Source of the DNA: Candidatus Latescibacterota bacterium | GTDB lineage: Bacteria > Latescibacterota > UBA2968 > GCA-2709665 | DNA: 64,000 bases | Assembly (NCBI GenBank): GCA_965219995.1 | Contig: CBDCOX010000002.1 | Coordinates: 2,752,001 to 2,816,000 of the forward strand | Direction of reading: 5' to 3' | Shown here: positions 47,945 through 56,848 of the stretch, piece by piece | How the letters are laid out: the number at the start of each line of letters is the position of its first letter | Numbering within the stretch: position 1 is the first letter of the stretch | The notes under the pieces: model-generated | Seen by the model: only the letters and a program-made list of their open reading frames with translations | Databases searched by the model: none | Told to the model about the DNA's origin: nothing | Made by a program: the position numbers and the translations under genes

Positions 47945-49867
47945 GTGGCGGAGTACACACGAGACGGACTGACGGGCAGGGCTTTTCTGATCGGCCTCGT
48001 CCTCTGCCTCGGTCTGGCACTGGCCATCCCGTACAACCGCATGGTGATCCAGGGCACCTCGCTGCACTATTATTTCGTGGACCGGGGCATCCTGTTTGTT
48101 TTTCTGTTTCTTATCCTCATCTGTAACGTCGTCCTCAAGCCGGCGCGCTCGCTGAAGCGAGGAGAACTCCTGTGCATCTTTTCGATGTTGCTGGTGTCCA
48201 TGCCCGCCCTGTGGATGGTCAAGTGGCTCATCGCCTTCCTCACCGGTGCAACCTACTACGCCTCTCCGGAGCGTCCAGACCTCGAGGCGGTGCTGCCCCA
48301 TATTTTGCCGTGGACGGCCCCACGTAACGCGGAGGCGGTACGAGGGTTCTACGAGGGGCTTCCGCAGCATGTTCCCCTGCCCTGGCTGGCCTGGCTGGCC
48401 CCCCTGGCGAGTTGGGGTTCTTTTTTTCTTGTATTGTTCGGAGTGCTGGTATGCATCGCCGTGATCTTTCGCAAACAGTGGGCCGAGCACGAGCGGTTTG
48501 CGTTCCCGATTCTGCAGGTGCCGCTGGAAATGGCCGAAACCGGAGACGGGCGGCTGGGTCCGCTGTTCAGGAACCGGTTGATGTGGGCGGGGTTCGCGAT
48601 TCCACTTCTGATCGGTACCATCAACGGGTTGAATCACTATTTCCATACGCTGCCCCGAATCCAGATGGGAACGATGCTCACGATCTTTCAGGGAACGACC
48701 CCGTTGCCCCTGAGGATGCACTTCGCAATTCTCGGGTATTCCTACTTTGTAAACCTGGACGTGAGCCTCAGCATCTGGCTTTTCAACGTGATCTCCAAGG
48801 TCATCAGGGGAACGCTGGCCGTTGTGGGCGCGGAGGTTACGGACGTGTCCGGGATGGTGGGCCGGTTCAGTTCGAGGGGCTCGTCGTTTCTCGCACTGAC
48901 GGGGATGGGGTATATGCTGGTGCTGGCCGCTTACAGCGCGTGGACGGCGCGGGGCCACCTGCGCGGGGTCTACGCCAGGGCGATGGGGAAGTCGGCGGCG
49001 GCCGATGATTCCGATGAAGTGATCTCCTACCGGGCGGCCGTATTCGGCACCCTGGGCGGCCTGGTTTATCTCGGGTGCTGGCTGCACCAGGCGGGAATCT
49101 CGTTCGTATTGATCCTGTTTCTGTTTTTTTCGTGTATCGTTGTCTTTTTTGTACTCTCCCGGATTGTGTGCGAGGCGGGGTTCGTGGCCACGTATTCGCC
49201 GATCAACCCCGCCGAGTTTGTGGTTTGCGCGACGGGTTCGTCGGCCTTCGGTCCGGCGGGTCTCGTAACGCTCGGGTTCGGATATGCCTGGACGATGACT
49301 CGTGTTAGCAATGTGATGCCCCGTGCGATGGGGGCGCTGTGGCTGTCGAGGACAATGAGACGCAGGCGCGGCCTGATCTGGGCGATGGGAGCGGCGATGG
49401 CGGTTGGACTGATCTGCGCGAGCGCGTTGACCCTGGACCTGGGCTACGCGCGCGGCGGACTGAACCTGGACCGGCACTTCCGTGATTATTCGCGCATTCC
49501 ATTCGATGCCTTTGTGGGTTCGCGCATGCTGGAGCCGAGTCCCGTATTCGCGAAGGGTATGGTATATACCGGACTCGGGATGGGGGTTGCGGGTCTGCTG
49601 ACCCTGCTGAGAATGCGGCTTCGATGGTGGCCGCTACACCCCGTGGCGCTGCCGTTGTGTACGATCTGGTACACGGATACGTATTTCTTCAGCGTGTTCA
49701 TGGCCTGGGCAATGAAAGCAATCGTCTTGAAATTCGGCGGCGCGACGCTCTACCGCAGGACACGGCCCCTGTTCATGGGGGTTATCCTGGGGGAGGCCAC
49801 TGGCGCGGGTGTGTGGGTCATCGTGGACTATTTCACGGGGACGATCACCAACAGGATCTTCATATAG
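47945..49867 (+). CDS. DUF6785/DUF6784-type membrane protein (paralog 4)
   Basis: 'DGLTGRAFLIG', 'KQWAEHERFAFPILQVP', 'WWPLHPV', 'KFGGATLYRRTRPLFMG'. Confidence 0.8.
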   Translation: MAEYTRDGLTGRAFLIGLVLCLGLALAIPYNRMVIQGTSLHYYFVDRGILFVFLFLILICNVVLKPARSLKRGELLCIFSMLLVSMPALWMVKWLIAFLTGATYYASPERPDLEAVLPHILPWTAPRNAEAVRGFYEGLPQHVPLPWLAWLAPLASWGSFFLVLFGVLVCIAVIFRKQWAEHERFAFPILQVPLEMAETGDGRLGPLFRNRLMWAGFAIPLLIGTINGLNHYFHTLPRIQMGTMLTIFQGTTPLPLRMHFAILGYSYFVNLDVSLSIWLFNVISKVIRGTLAVVGAEVTDVSGMVGRFSSRGSSFLALTGMGYMLVLAAYSAWTARGHLRGVYARAMGKSAAADDSDEVISYRAAVFGTLGGLVYLGCWLHQAGISFVLILFLFFSCIVVFFVLSRIVCEAGFVATYSPINPAEFVVCATGSSAFGPAGLVTLGFGYAWTMTRVSNVMPRAMGALWLSRTMRRRRGLIWAMGAAMAVGLICASALTLDLGYARGGLNLDRHFRDYSRIPFDAFVGSRMLEPSPVFAKGMVYTGLGMGVAGLLTLLRMRLRWWPLHPVALPLCTIWYTDTYFFSVFMAWAMKAIVLKFGGATLYRRTRPLFMGVILGEATGAGVWVIVDYFTGTITNRIFI

Positions 49868-49894
49868 GCGGCCGTTGGCGAAATGGGAGGCACG

Positions 49895-51442
49895 ATGCAT
49901 ATTTTCGACATGAATTGCATGCTGGGACCCACGCGTACCGACCGTGAACCGTGCTTCCGGACACCCGGCGCGCTGCTGGCCGAGATGGACAGGCTGGGCA
50001 TTTCGGAAGCGCTGGTCCACGCGAGCCACGCGGAAATGGGGCACCCCGCGGACGCGAACGCCCGGGTGGTGGAGGCCACGCGTTCCCACCCGCGGCTGCA
50101 TCCCTGCTGGGCCGTGCTGCCGCCGGGCACCGGAGAACTGCCCGAGCCGCAGGAACTCGTGGCGCAGATGCGTGCGCATGGGGTGCGGGCGGCCAGGATA
50201 TTTCCCGGAGTACACGTTTTTCCATTGTTGGAACGAATCCTGCGGCCGCTGCTCAAGGCCCTCTCCGAAGCGGGAATTCCATTGATTCTGGACCAGGGAC
50301 GCACGAGCTGGAGCCAGCTTACGGACTGGCGTGCGGTGTTCGAAATCGCAGAGGCGCATCCCAAGCTGCCGCTGGTGTTGATTCGCGAAGGGGGCGCGAC
50401 CGCGAGGGCGCTGTTCGGAGTTTGGGACGCGTTTCCCAACATCCACATCGAAGCGTCCTACATCCAGGAGTCGCGGATCGTGGAGGAAATTTCAGACCGG
50501 TTCGGCCACCATCGGCTGTTGTTCGGGACCGGGATGCCCGCCTGGGACCCGGGAGGACCGATGGGCCTCCTCGAGGGGGCCCGGATTTCACAGCCTCAGC
50601 GGGCCGATATCGCCGGAAACACCCTCCGGCGGCTGCTGGGCCTCCCGGAGCGGAGAGCCGGTACGGCGCCGGCCTGGCCCTGCGGCGCGGGCGGCTTCCG
50701 CGTGTTCGACGTTCACGGCCACCTGGGCAGATTTCATTCGAAGTACCACCGCGACTGGTCGGCCGATCAGATGGTGTCGCGCATGGATGAAGTGGGCGTG
50801 GAGCGGTTTGCGGTCAGCCACTTTCTGGCGATCGGCGCCGACTACCGCGAGGGAAACACGCGGATCGGCAGAGGCGTTGCGGCCTTTCCGGACAGGCTCG
50901 TGGGATACGCGGTCTACAATCCGAATTACGAATCCGAGATGGCCGATGAGATGGCGCGCGGGTTCGACCAGCTGGGTTGTTCGGGTATCAAACTGCACTG
51001 CACGCTTCACGACACCTCGACCGAGGACCCGCGCTACCGTCTCGCGTTTCAGACGGCGCACGATCGGAACTGTCCCATGCTGTGCCATGTCAACCGCGGA
51101 CCGTCTCCTGCCTTCCTGATGGATACGCTCGCGGCGTTCCCGAACGCGAAGTTCATTTACGCGCATATCGGCGGTGGCACTCGCGAGGAACTGAAGCCCT
51201 TTCTCGACGTCGCCCACGAGCGGCCGAATCTGTTTTTCGATCTGGGGTACTCGAAGATGGCTCGCGGCACCCTCGCCTGGCTCGTCGAACACGCGCCGCC
51301 CGCACAGATCCTGTACGGATCGGACCATCCCGTCAACGGGTTTACGTACCAGCTCGGGCGAGTGCTCTACGCCGACATTCCCGACGTGTTGAAGCGCATG
51401 ATCCTGTGGGACAACGCGGCCAGGATCTTCGGCGTGCAGTGA
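49895..51442 (+). CDS. Tandem amidohydrolase_2 (double TIM-barrel) protein
   Basis: Domain 1 'IFDMNCMLG...LLFGTGMP...IAGNTLRRLLG'; domain 2 'VFDVHGH...IKLH...CH...AHIG...ILYGSDHP...NAARIF'. Confidence 0.85.
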   Translation: MHIFDMNCMLGPTRTDREPCFRTPGALLAEMDRLGISEALVHASHAEMGHPADANARVVEATRSHPRLHPCWAVLPPGTGELPEPQELVAQMRAHGVRAARIFPGVHVFPLLERILRPLLKALSEAGIPLILDQGRTSWSQLTDWRAVFEIAEAHPKLPLVLIREGGATARALFGVWDAFPNIHIEASYIQESRIVEEISDRFGHHRLLFGTGMPAWDPGGPMGLLEGARISQPQRADIAGNTLRRLLGLPERRAGTAPAWPCGAGGFRVFDVHGHLGRFHSKYHRDWSADQMVSRMDEVGVERFAVSHFLAIGADYREGNTRIGRGVAAFPDRLVGYAVYNPNYESEMADEMARGFDQLGCSGIKLHCTLHDTSTEDPRYRLAFQTAHDRNCPMLCHVNRGPSPAFLMDTLAAFPNAKFIYAHIGGGTREELKPFLDVAHERPNLFFDLGYSKMARGTLAWLVEHAPPAQILYGSDHPVNGFTYQLGRVLYADIPDVLKRMILWDNAARIFGVQ

Positions 51443-51475
51443 TGGATTATTGAGAAAACATGGAGGTCGACAATC

Positions 51476-53188
51476 ATGAGAATCGGTATTCTGACACACA
51501 CTCCCGATCTTTCGGACTATGTCGCCGAGATCTTCGCGACCTGGGGGCTTGCCGCGTTCGACCGGATCGGCGAGGACCGGGTGGAGACCCTGGATCCGGA
51601 GACGAGCCCCGTACTGGTCTGCCCCGCAGGCGAAAGGGATGAACGTACGCAGGCGTCGCTGATCGGCTACGCGCGGCGCGGCGGCACCGTCGTGACGTTT
51701 TTGCCCGGAGACATACTCGCAGACGCCGCGGGGCTGGTTCGCGAAAGCGCCAGATCGGCGCCGCTGCGGCTGCGCCTCGTGCGATATCCGGCGGCCGGGG
51801 TTTCAGGAGAGGACTTCCCGGTTGTGGGAGACGCCGCGCATTACGCGGTACGTTCCGAAGCCGCGTCGGGTGTCGCTTATCTGTACAATCCCGACGCTTT
51901 CGAGGGGGAATCGGCGGGTGTCGTCGAAACCCCTGTTGGCGAGGGGCGCATCCTGGCCTTTGCCTTTGACCTGCCAGCGTGCGTATTCATCCTGCGGCAG
52001 GGCGATCCGGATCAGGTCGAGAGGGCCGTGGGCGGCAACGTGCGGGCCGACGCCATAGGCATCGACCTGGGTCCGGCCGACAGCGGCCTGATGCCGTTTG
52101 CCGATCTGCTGGCGCGGTGGCTGGTGGAACTGGTCTGCCGGTTCGTTCCCACGCCCGTCCCCCTGCTCTGGCACCTGCCTGGCGAGGCCGCCGCCCTTGT
52201 GCTTTATTCAGGAGACGAGGACGGGGCGGAGATTTCCGCGACGGAGCAGGAATTCCGGGATGTATCGGCGGCCGGCGCGCGCATGAGTCTCTACATCATT
52301 CCGATCGGGACGGATTCGACCGCCGAGGACGTCCAGCGGTACCGTCAGAATCACGACGTGGGTCCGCATCCGAATCTCCGGGCAATGGACGGCCGGTCGA
52401 TCGAGGACCGCGTCGCGGAATTCGAACGGCAGATCCGGCTGTTCGAAGAGATGTACGGTTTCAAGCCGACGAGCGTCCGCAACCACTGTCTTTCCTGGGC
52501 GGGATACCTCGAACTGGTGGAAGCGGAGGCGCGGCTGGGCATCCGGATGGACGCGAACTACCTGTGTTCGGCCTATATGCGGGACCGGTGCAGCGGACCG
52601 TACCACCTGAGAGGGGCGGCCATGCCCATGCGGTTCTGCCACCCGGACGGCCGCCTGGTTGACGTCATCCAGCAGCACACCCACCTTTCGGATGACGTCT
52701 GGTTCCAGGAAAGCGCCCCCAAATCCTTCCACTATTCCCCGGAGATGTACGGCGTACTCGCGGACCGCATCCTCAGCGACAGCGCCACCCGCTTCCACGT
52801 GCCGTACGGCGTGATCCTGCATCCCGGGAACTGGGTGCGATATTCCAGACCGCATGGCCTGGTCCTGCTGGAAAAGGCCGCGGAACGAGACGTTCCCGTG
52901 TGGTCTTACGACCAGTGGTGCGATTTCTGGCTCCTTCGGGACCGGTGGCGTATGGAGAGCATCTCCTGGCAGGACCATACGCTGAAATTCGCGGTCACGG
53001 GGCCGCCGGACGACGGGAATCTGCGCTGGTTGATTCCCTGCGCGTACAACGGCAGAATGCTTGAAGAAGTGTCGGTAAACGGTGTACCGGTACCAGTTAA
53101 CGCCGTCATCCGGTACGGGCAGCGCGTCATTCTGGCGTCGCCCGGCGCGGGCACGGAACATTGCGAGATAGAAGCGGCATACCACTGA
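51476..53188 (+). CDS. GATase-like plus polysaccharide-deacetylase-like protein
   Basis: 'SGDEDG', 'HDVGPHP', 'SVRNHCLSW', 'GIRMDAN', 'ILHPGNW'; paralog of 11085. Confidence 0.6.
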   Translation: MRIGILTHTPDLSDYVAEIFATWGLAAFDRIGEDRVETLDPETSPVLVCPAGERDERTQASLIGYARRGGTVVTFLPGDILADAAGLVRESARSAPLRLRLVRYPAAGVSGEDFPVVGDAAHYAVRSEAASGVAYLYNPDAFEGESAGVVETPVGEGRILAFAFDLPACVFILRQGDPDQVERAVGGNVRADAIGIDLGPADSGLMPFADLLARWLVELVCRFVPTPVPLLWHLPGEAAALVLYSGDEDGAEISATEQEFRDVSAAGARMSLYIIPIGTDSTAEDVQRYRQNHDVGPHPNLRAMDGRSIEDRVAEFERQIRLFEEMYGFKPTSVRNHCLSWAGYLELVEAEARLGIRMDANYLCSAYMRDRCSGPYHLRGAAMPMRFCHPDGRLVDVIQQHTHLSDDVWFQESAPKSFHYSPEMYGVLADRILSDSATRFHVPYGVILHPGNWVRYSRPHGLVLLEKAAERDVPVWSYDQWCDFWLLRDRWRMESISWQDHTLKFAVTGPPDDGNLRWLIPCAYNGRMLEEVSVNGVPVPVNAVIRYGQRVILASPGAGTEHCEIEAAYH

Positions 53189-53268
53189 CAAGCAGCGACG
53201 CGGACTCAGGCCCACCGCGAGGAGGGTTTGCGACGAAGCAGAATACCGCCGTGTGAAGGAGGTGCAGG

Positions 53269-53910
53269 ATGCAGAAGCTGGTCTTCCTGGGCATTGGATC
53301 CAACAACTCGGACATTCTGGACGCCGTACTGGAAATCAATGCCGTGAAGCCGACCTATGACGTGCTGGGATACGTGACGCGGGACGGCAATCCCCTGAAG
53401 AAGGGCGGTCTGAAACACATGGGCGATTTCGACATGGTCCGTACCCTGCCGGAGGACGTGCAGATCACCGGGTTTACGTTCGGCCCGGGGAGTTACCATC
53501 ACTGGCCGGGTACGGTGGCGGGGCTGGGCCTGTCGCGGGACCGGTTCGCCACCATTGTCCATCCCCACGCGTTCGTTTCGCCGCAGAGTACGGTCGGAAT
53601 GGGGTCGGTTGTCCTGGCGGGGACGACGGTGGGCGCGTTCGTAGCCATCGGCGACCACGTGATTATCCTGCAGAACGTGGGACTGTCGCACGATGACGTG
53701 ATCGAGGATTATTCCTGCCTGGCGGTGGGGGTGAGCTTTTCGGGAAGCGTACGGGTGGGTCGGAACTGTTTCCTGGGAACGAACTCGACGATCATCGGCG
53801 CAACGATCGGCGAGGGAAGCATGGTGGGCGCCGGCGCGCTGATCCGCCACGACGTGCCGGCGGGTGAGGTCTGGGTGGGCAATCCGGGAAGGTTCTTGAG
53901 AAAGGTGTGA
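53269..53910 (+). CDS. NeuD/PglD-family sugar O/N-acetyltransferase (left-handed beta-helix)
   Basis: 'LVFLGIG', 'FATIVHPHAFVS', hexapeptide repeats, 'SHDDVI', 'VWVGNPGR'. Confidence 0.88.
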   Translation: MQKLVFLGIGSNNSDILDAVLEINAVKPTYDVLGYVTRDGNPLKKGGLKHMGDFDMVRTLPEDVQITGFTFGPGSYHHWPGTVAGLGLSRDRFATIVHPHAFVSPQSTVGMGSVVLAGTTVGAFVAIGDHVIILQNVGLSHDDVIEDYSCLAVGVSFSGSVRVGRNCFLGTNSTIIGATIGEGSMVGAGALIRHDVPAGEVWVGNPGRFLRKV

Positions 53911-53917
53911 CGGCACC

Positions 53918-54583
53918 TCACCATCGCCAGACGCGGTTAACGGGTTTCTCGCCGATCACAATATTGAAATTCGCGATTAATTCTCCAATTTCCGATCCGG
54001 GCAGCGGCTTGAACGGAACTGCCAGCAGATCGTGCGAAGCACGGCCGGACCTCCGGAATATGGAGTCCCTCTGGTTGTCAGGGTTGCCCTTTACGTACAT
54101 CTGCGTCGTCAGAACACGGCGGCCGCTCCGGTTAATCGCAAAATGGATGTGCGCAGCCCGTGCCCCCGAATACCTGACAGGCTTGATCGTCCGAAAGCGG
54201 TATTCCCCCGTGGACCCGGTTTCGAATCGGCCGAAACCCTGAAAGTTCCGGTCCCGCCTGTTTCTCCCCCGGGCTTCGGTATGCAAATAGACGCCGTTAC
54301 TGTCCACCTGCCAGATCTCTACAACGGCATTCTTAACGGGCTTCCCGCCTATATCGACGACGCGCCCGGTCAGATGCGTGATTTCTCCCACGGCCGGCGT
54401 TATCGCGTCGTTAATGATCAGAAGATCGTTATCGACGTCCAGCGGCAGCCGGTCCGGATAGAAGGGACCCTCGGTCTGCCACGGAGTTCGCGCGAGTTGC
54501 TCGGCAAACGCCCCCGGCGTTACAAAAACCACGGCGCCCAACGCGCCCGCCTGGCACAGAAAACGCCTGCGATCAATCGCCAT
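53918..54583 (-). CDS. Tat-exported intradiol ring-cleavage dioxygenase (protocatechuate 3,4-dioxygenase family)
   Basis: 'DRRRFL' Tat motif; 'TEGPFYP', 'EIWQVD.NGVY', 'FRTIKPV.Y...RAAHIHF', 'LTTQMY'. Confidence 0.88.
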   Translation of the reverse strand: MAIDRRRFLCQAGALGAVVFVTPGAFAEQLARTPWQTEGPFYPDRLPLDVDNDLLIINDAITPAVGEITHLTGRVVDIGGKPVKNAVVEIWQVDSNGVYLHTEARGRNRRDRNFQGFGRFETGSTGEYRFRTIKPVRYSGARAAHIHFAINRSGRRVLTTQMYVKGNPDNQRDSIFRRSGRASHDLLAVPFKPLPGSEIGELIANFNIVIGEKPVNRVWRW

Positions 54584-54640
54584 CACGGCCTCCCTACGAG
54601 ATAATCTTCCTTTCGGTTGCCGCCCCCAGGACCCCACGTT

Positions 54641-55891
54641 TTAGTGATTGTAAATCAGGTTCAGTTCGACGAAACTGTCTCTCCGGCTCGCGAAGGACAG
54701 ATCCGCCGCGTCAACGTCCAGAAGGGCAATCGCCTCGAGGTGCAGAGAGAACCGGTCGGAAAGCCGCCGGTTGAATTCGAACGTTAACACCCGCGTGGTC
54801 GTGTCGATATCGTTCATCATGCTGCCGAGCACTTCGGTGCTCTGGATGTCGTTGAATGCAAGGCGGGCGGCAATGAAGACGTCGTTCTGAAAGATATTCG
54901 TCGCATTCCGGCCGCGTCCGTCGTAATTCCATTCCCCGATCAGGCTCAGATCCACCGCCGATCCGATTACGGAATAGAACGTATATTCGCCGCCCATCGT
55001 AGCCGCAACGTACTCCATCTCCACGCCGCGGCGGTCCCGCGCGCCGGCGCGGCCGAGCGCCTCGATCTTGAACAGCCAGGATCCGGCCGTCAATTGGGCG
55101 TCCAGTCCGACCTGCCGGATCCGCTCGTATTGGGGCAACAGGACCGGCAGCCCCTTTCGGTCGACACCCGGCATCAACAGAGGATCCCGGCTGTTGCCGT
55201 CGAATGCGCTGATTCCAACGTCCATATTTCCGGCACTGCGGCTGTAGCGCGCGGCAACGTCCGGATGCCACCGCCCGGCGTCGCTTTCGTACGACACCCG
55301 CTCATTGTCTATAAGGTACGGGAACCGCAAGCGGCCGGAGCGCCCCGGAAAGGTGCGGGCGCGGTGGAAGGTCATTCCGAACAGTTCCACCGCCCCCCAG
55401 TCGCCTGACAACGTGAGATGGGCCATGGGCTGGCCCAGCGTGGGCTCTTTGTACGGGTGTTCCACAAGGTCGATCTGGTTGACGATATTCACCAGGCGGC
55501 GCGATTCGGTCACGCCCCAGAACACCCTGTCGACGCCCAGACGCAGTTCCCATTCCTGGTTGCGGACCTCGCCGAAGAGCAGGAGATAAGCCTCCCGCAG
55601 ATCGGCATGGGTGCGCTGTCCATCCCCGGCATCGAGACGAAAGAACGGCGCCAGAGTGAGACTTCTGCCCCGGACGTCTTCAACGAAGATCCTTGGTTCA
55701 GCAACAAAGCCACTGCCGTGTGCGCGCTGACCGGAATAGGCGCCCGACTCTGGAAACCATCGGCTCTCGACACTCAGCCGCCCGGACCACTCAAGCGTTT
55801 CGATCTGGGCAATGGCGTTGCCGGTAAACAATGGCGCGAGGATCAAGGCGACGATAGCCGGCACGCAGCGGAGTACGATTCGGTTTGGCAT
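54641..55891 (-). CDS. Outer-membrane beta-barrel associated with RND/LolA-like operon
   Basis: Signal peptide from ATG 55891; 'RTHADLREAY', 'GVDRVFWGVTES', 'GQPM', 'RTFPG..GRLR'; start overlaps the upstream stop. Confidence 0.75.
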   Translation of the reverse strand: MPNRIVLRCVPAIVALILAPLFTGNAIAQIETLEWSGRLSVESRWFPESGAYSGQRAHGSGFVAEPRIFVEDVRGRSLTLAPFFRLDAGDGQRTHADLREAYLLLFGEVRNQEWELRLGVDRVFWGVTESRRLVNIVNQIDLVEHPYKEPTLGQPMAHLTLSGDWGAVELFGMTFHRARTFPGRSGRLRFPYLIDNERVSYESDAGRWHPDVAARYSRSAGNMDVGISAFDGNSRDPLLMPGVDRKGLPVLLPQYERIRQVGLDAQLTAGSWLFKIEALGRAGARDRRGVEMEYVAATMGGEYTFYSVIGSAVDLSLIGEWNYDGRGRNATNIFQNDVFIAARLAFNDIQSTEVLGSMMNDIDTTTRVLTFEFNRRLSDRFSLHLEAIALLDVDAADLSFASRRDSFVELNLIYNH

Positions 55892-56718
55892 CAGCGTACC
55901 CGCTTCAGCCCGGTTTTTCTGAAATCCCTGTCCTGGAGATCGGTACCGAACTGATAGTCCGTCCAGGTCAGCACGGTGCTCTTTCCGGTCAGATGATTGA
56001 CCATGGTCATCACGCCGGCGCGCCAGTAACGATCCAGGTGCTGCTGGTAGTCCTCCAGTGTGAGCGTCTTCAGATGGGCGTTCCTGCGGTCGTAGTACTC
56101 GACCTTCCAGACGCGAAGCTCGTCTTTGTCGCGCCACACCACCTGTCGGCTGTAGCCCGACTTCCTGTCGGTCGACATACGTTCCGTAACCGTACAGGAC
56201 AGATCGCCGCAGGGCTCGTCGCGGAGATAGCGGTAGGTGAATTTCTCCACGGCCTGGGCGGTCATATCTTCATAGGCGAACTCGCTGCCCATAAAGGAAC
56301 CGGAGCGGTTCGAGGAACTGATGCGCTTGACGCGTTTCAGAGCCGGCAGGTAAAGCCACTGATCGTCCGCGCTCTCCCGGTGCCCGTGAACAAGCAAAGC
56401 CGTTCCCCTGACGTCGCGCGGCTCGTCGAACACAAACAGGCTCTTGTCGCCGTCTTCCTGTACCTCCAGCACCCTTACGCGGAGTTGCCTCCGGCTTTCC
56501 TGTCCGTGCCTGTTGCGGAGCACCATGACCTGCCGCGCCGTGAAGTTGCCGAAGCCTTCCTCCAGGGCGCTGGCCTTCCTGGCAATGTCCAAACCGATAT
56601 CCTCGGGCGTCGCACTCTCGGAATGAGCCGGCGCTGCCAGGCAGACACATGTGACGACACGTAGCGCGTGCGCAAGGAACGGGAACATGCAGCCTGCGGG
56701 AAGACGTGGGAAAATCAT
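55891..56718 (-). CDS. Outer-membrane lipoprotein-sorting (LolA-like) protein
   Basis: 'GDKSLFVFDEPRDVRGT.LL', 'DDQWLYLPALKRVKRISS..RSGSFMGSEFAYED', 'EYYDR...LKTL'. Confidence 0.88.
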   Translation of the reverse strand: MIFPRLPAGCMFPFLAHALRVVTCVCLAAPAHSESATPEDIGLDIARKASALEEGFGNFTARQVMVLRNRHGQESRRQLRVRVLEVQEDGDKSLFVFDEPRDVRGTALLVHGHRESADDQWLYLPALKRVKRISSSNRSGSFMGSEFAYEDMTAQAVEKFTYRYLRDEPCGDLSCTVTERMSTDRKSGYSRQVVWRDKDELRVWKVEYYDRRNAHLKTLTLEDYQQHLDRYWRAGVMTMVNHLTGKSTVLTWTDYQFGTDLQDRDFRKTGLKRVR

Positions 56719-56848
56719 GAATGTCTCCGATCAATGGGATGTAACGAGAAAATCCCGCCCGTTAGAATCTCAATCCGCCAGCAACTACAGGCTGTTGGGA
56801 ATTTTGCCTTTTCCCGGCACTGTACTAACAGAGAGAAAATTCCGGGAA

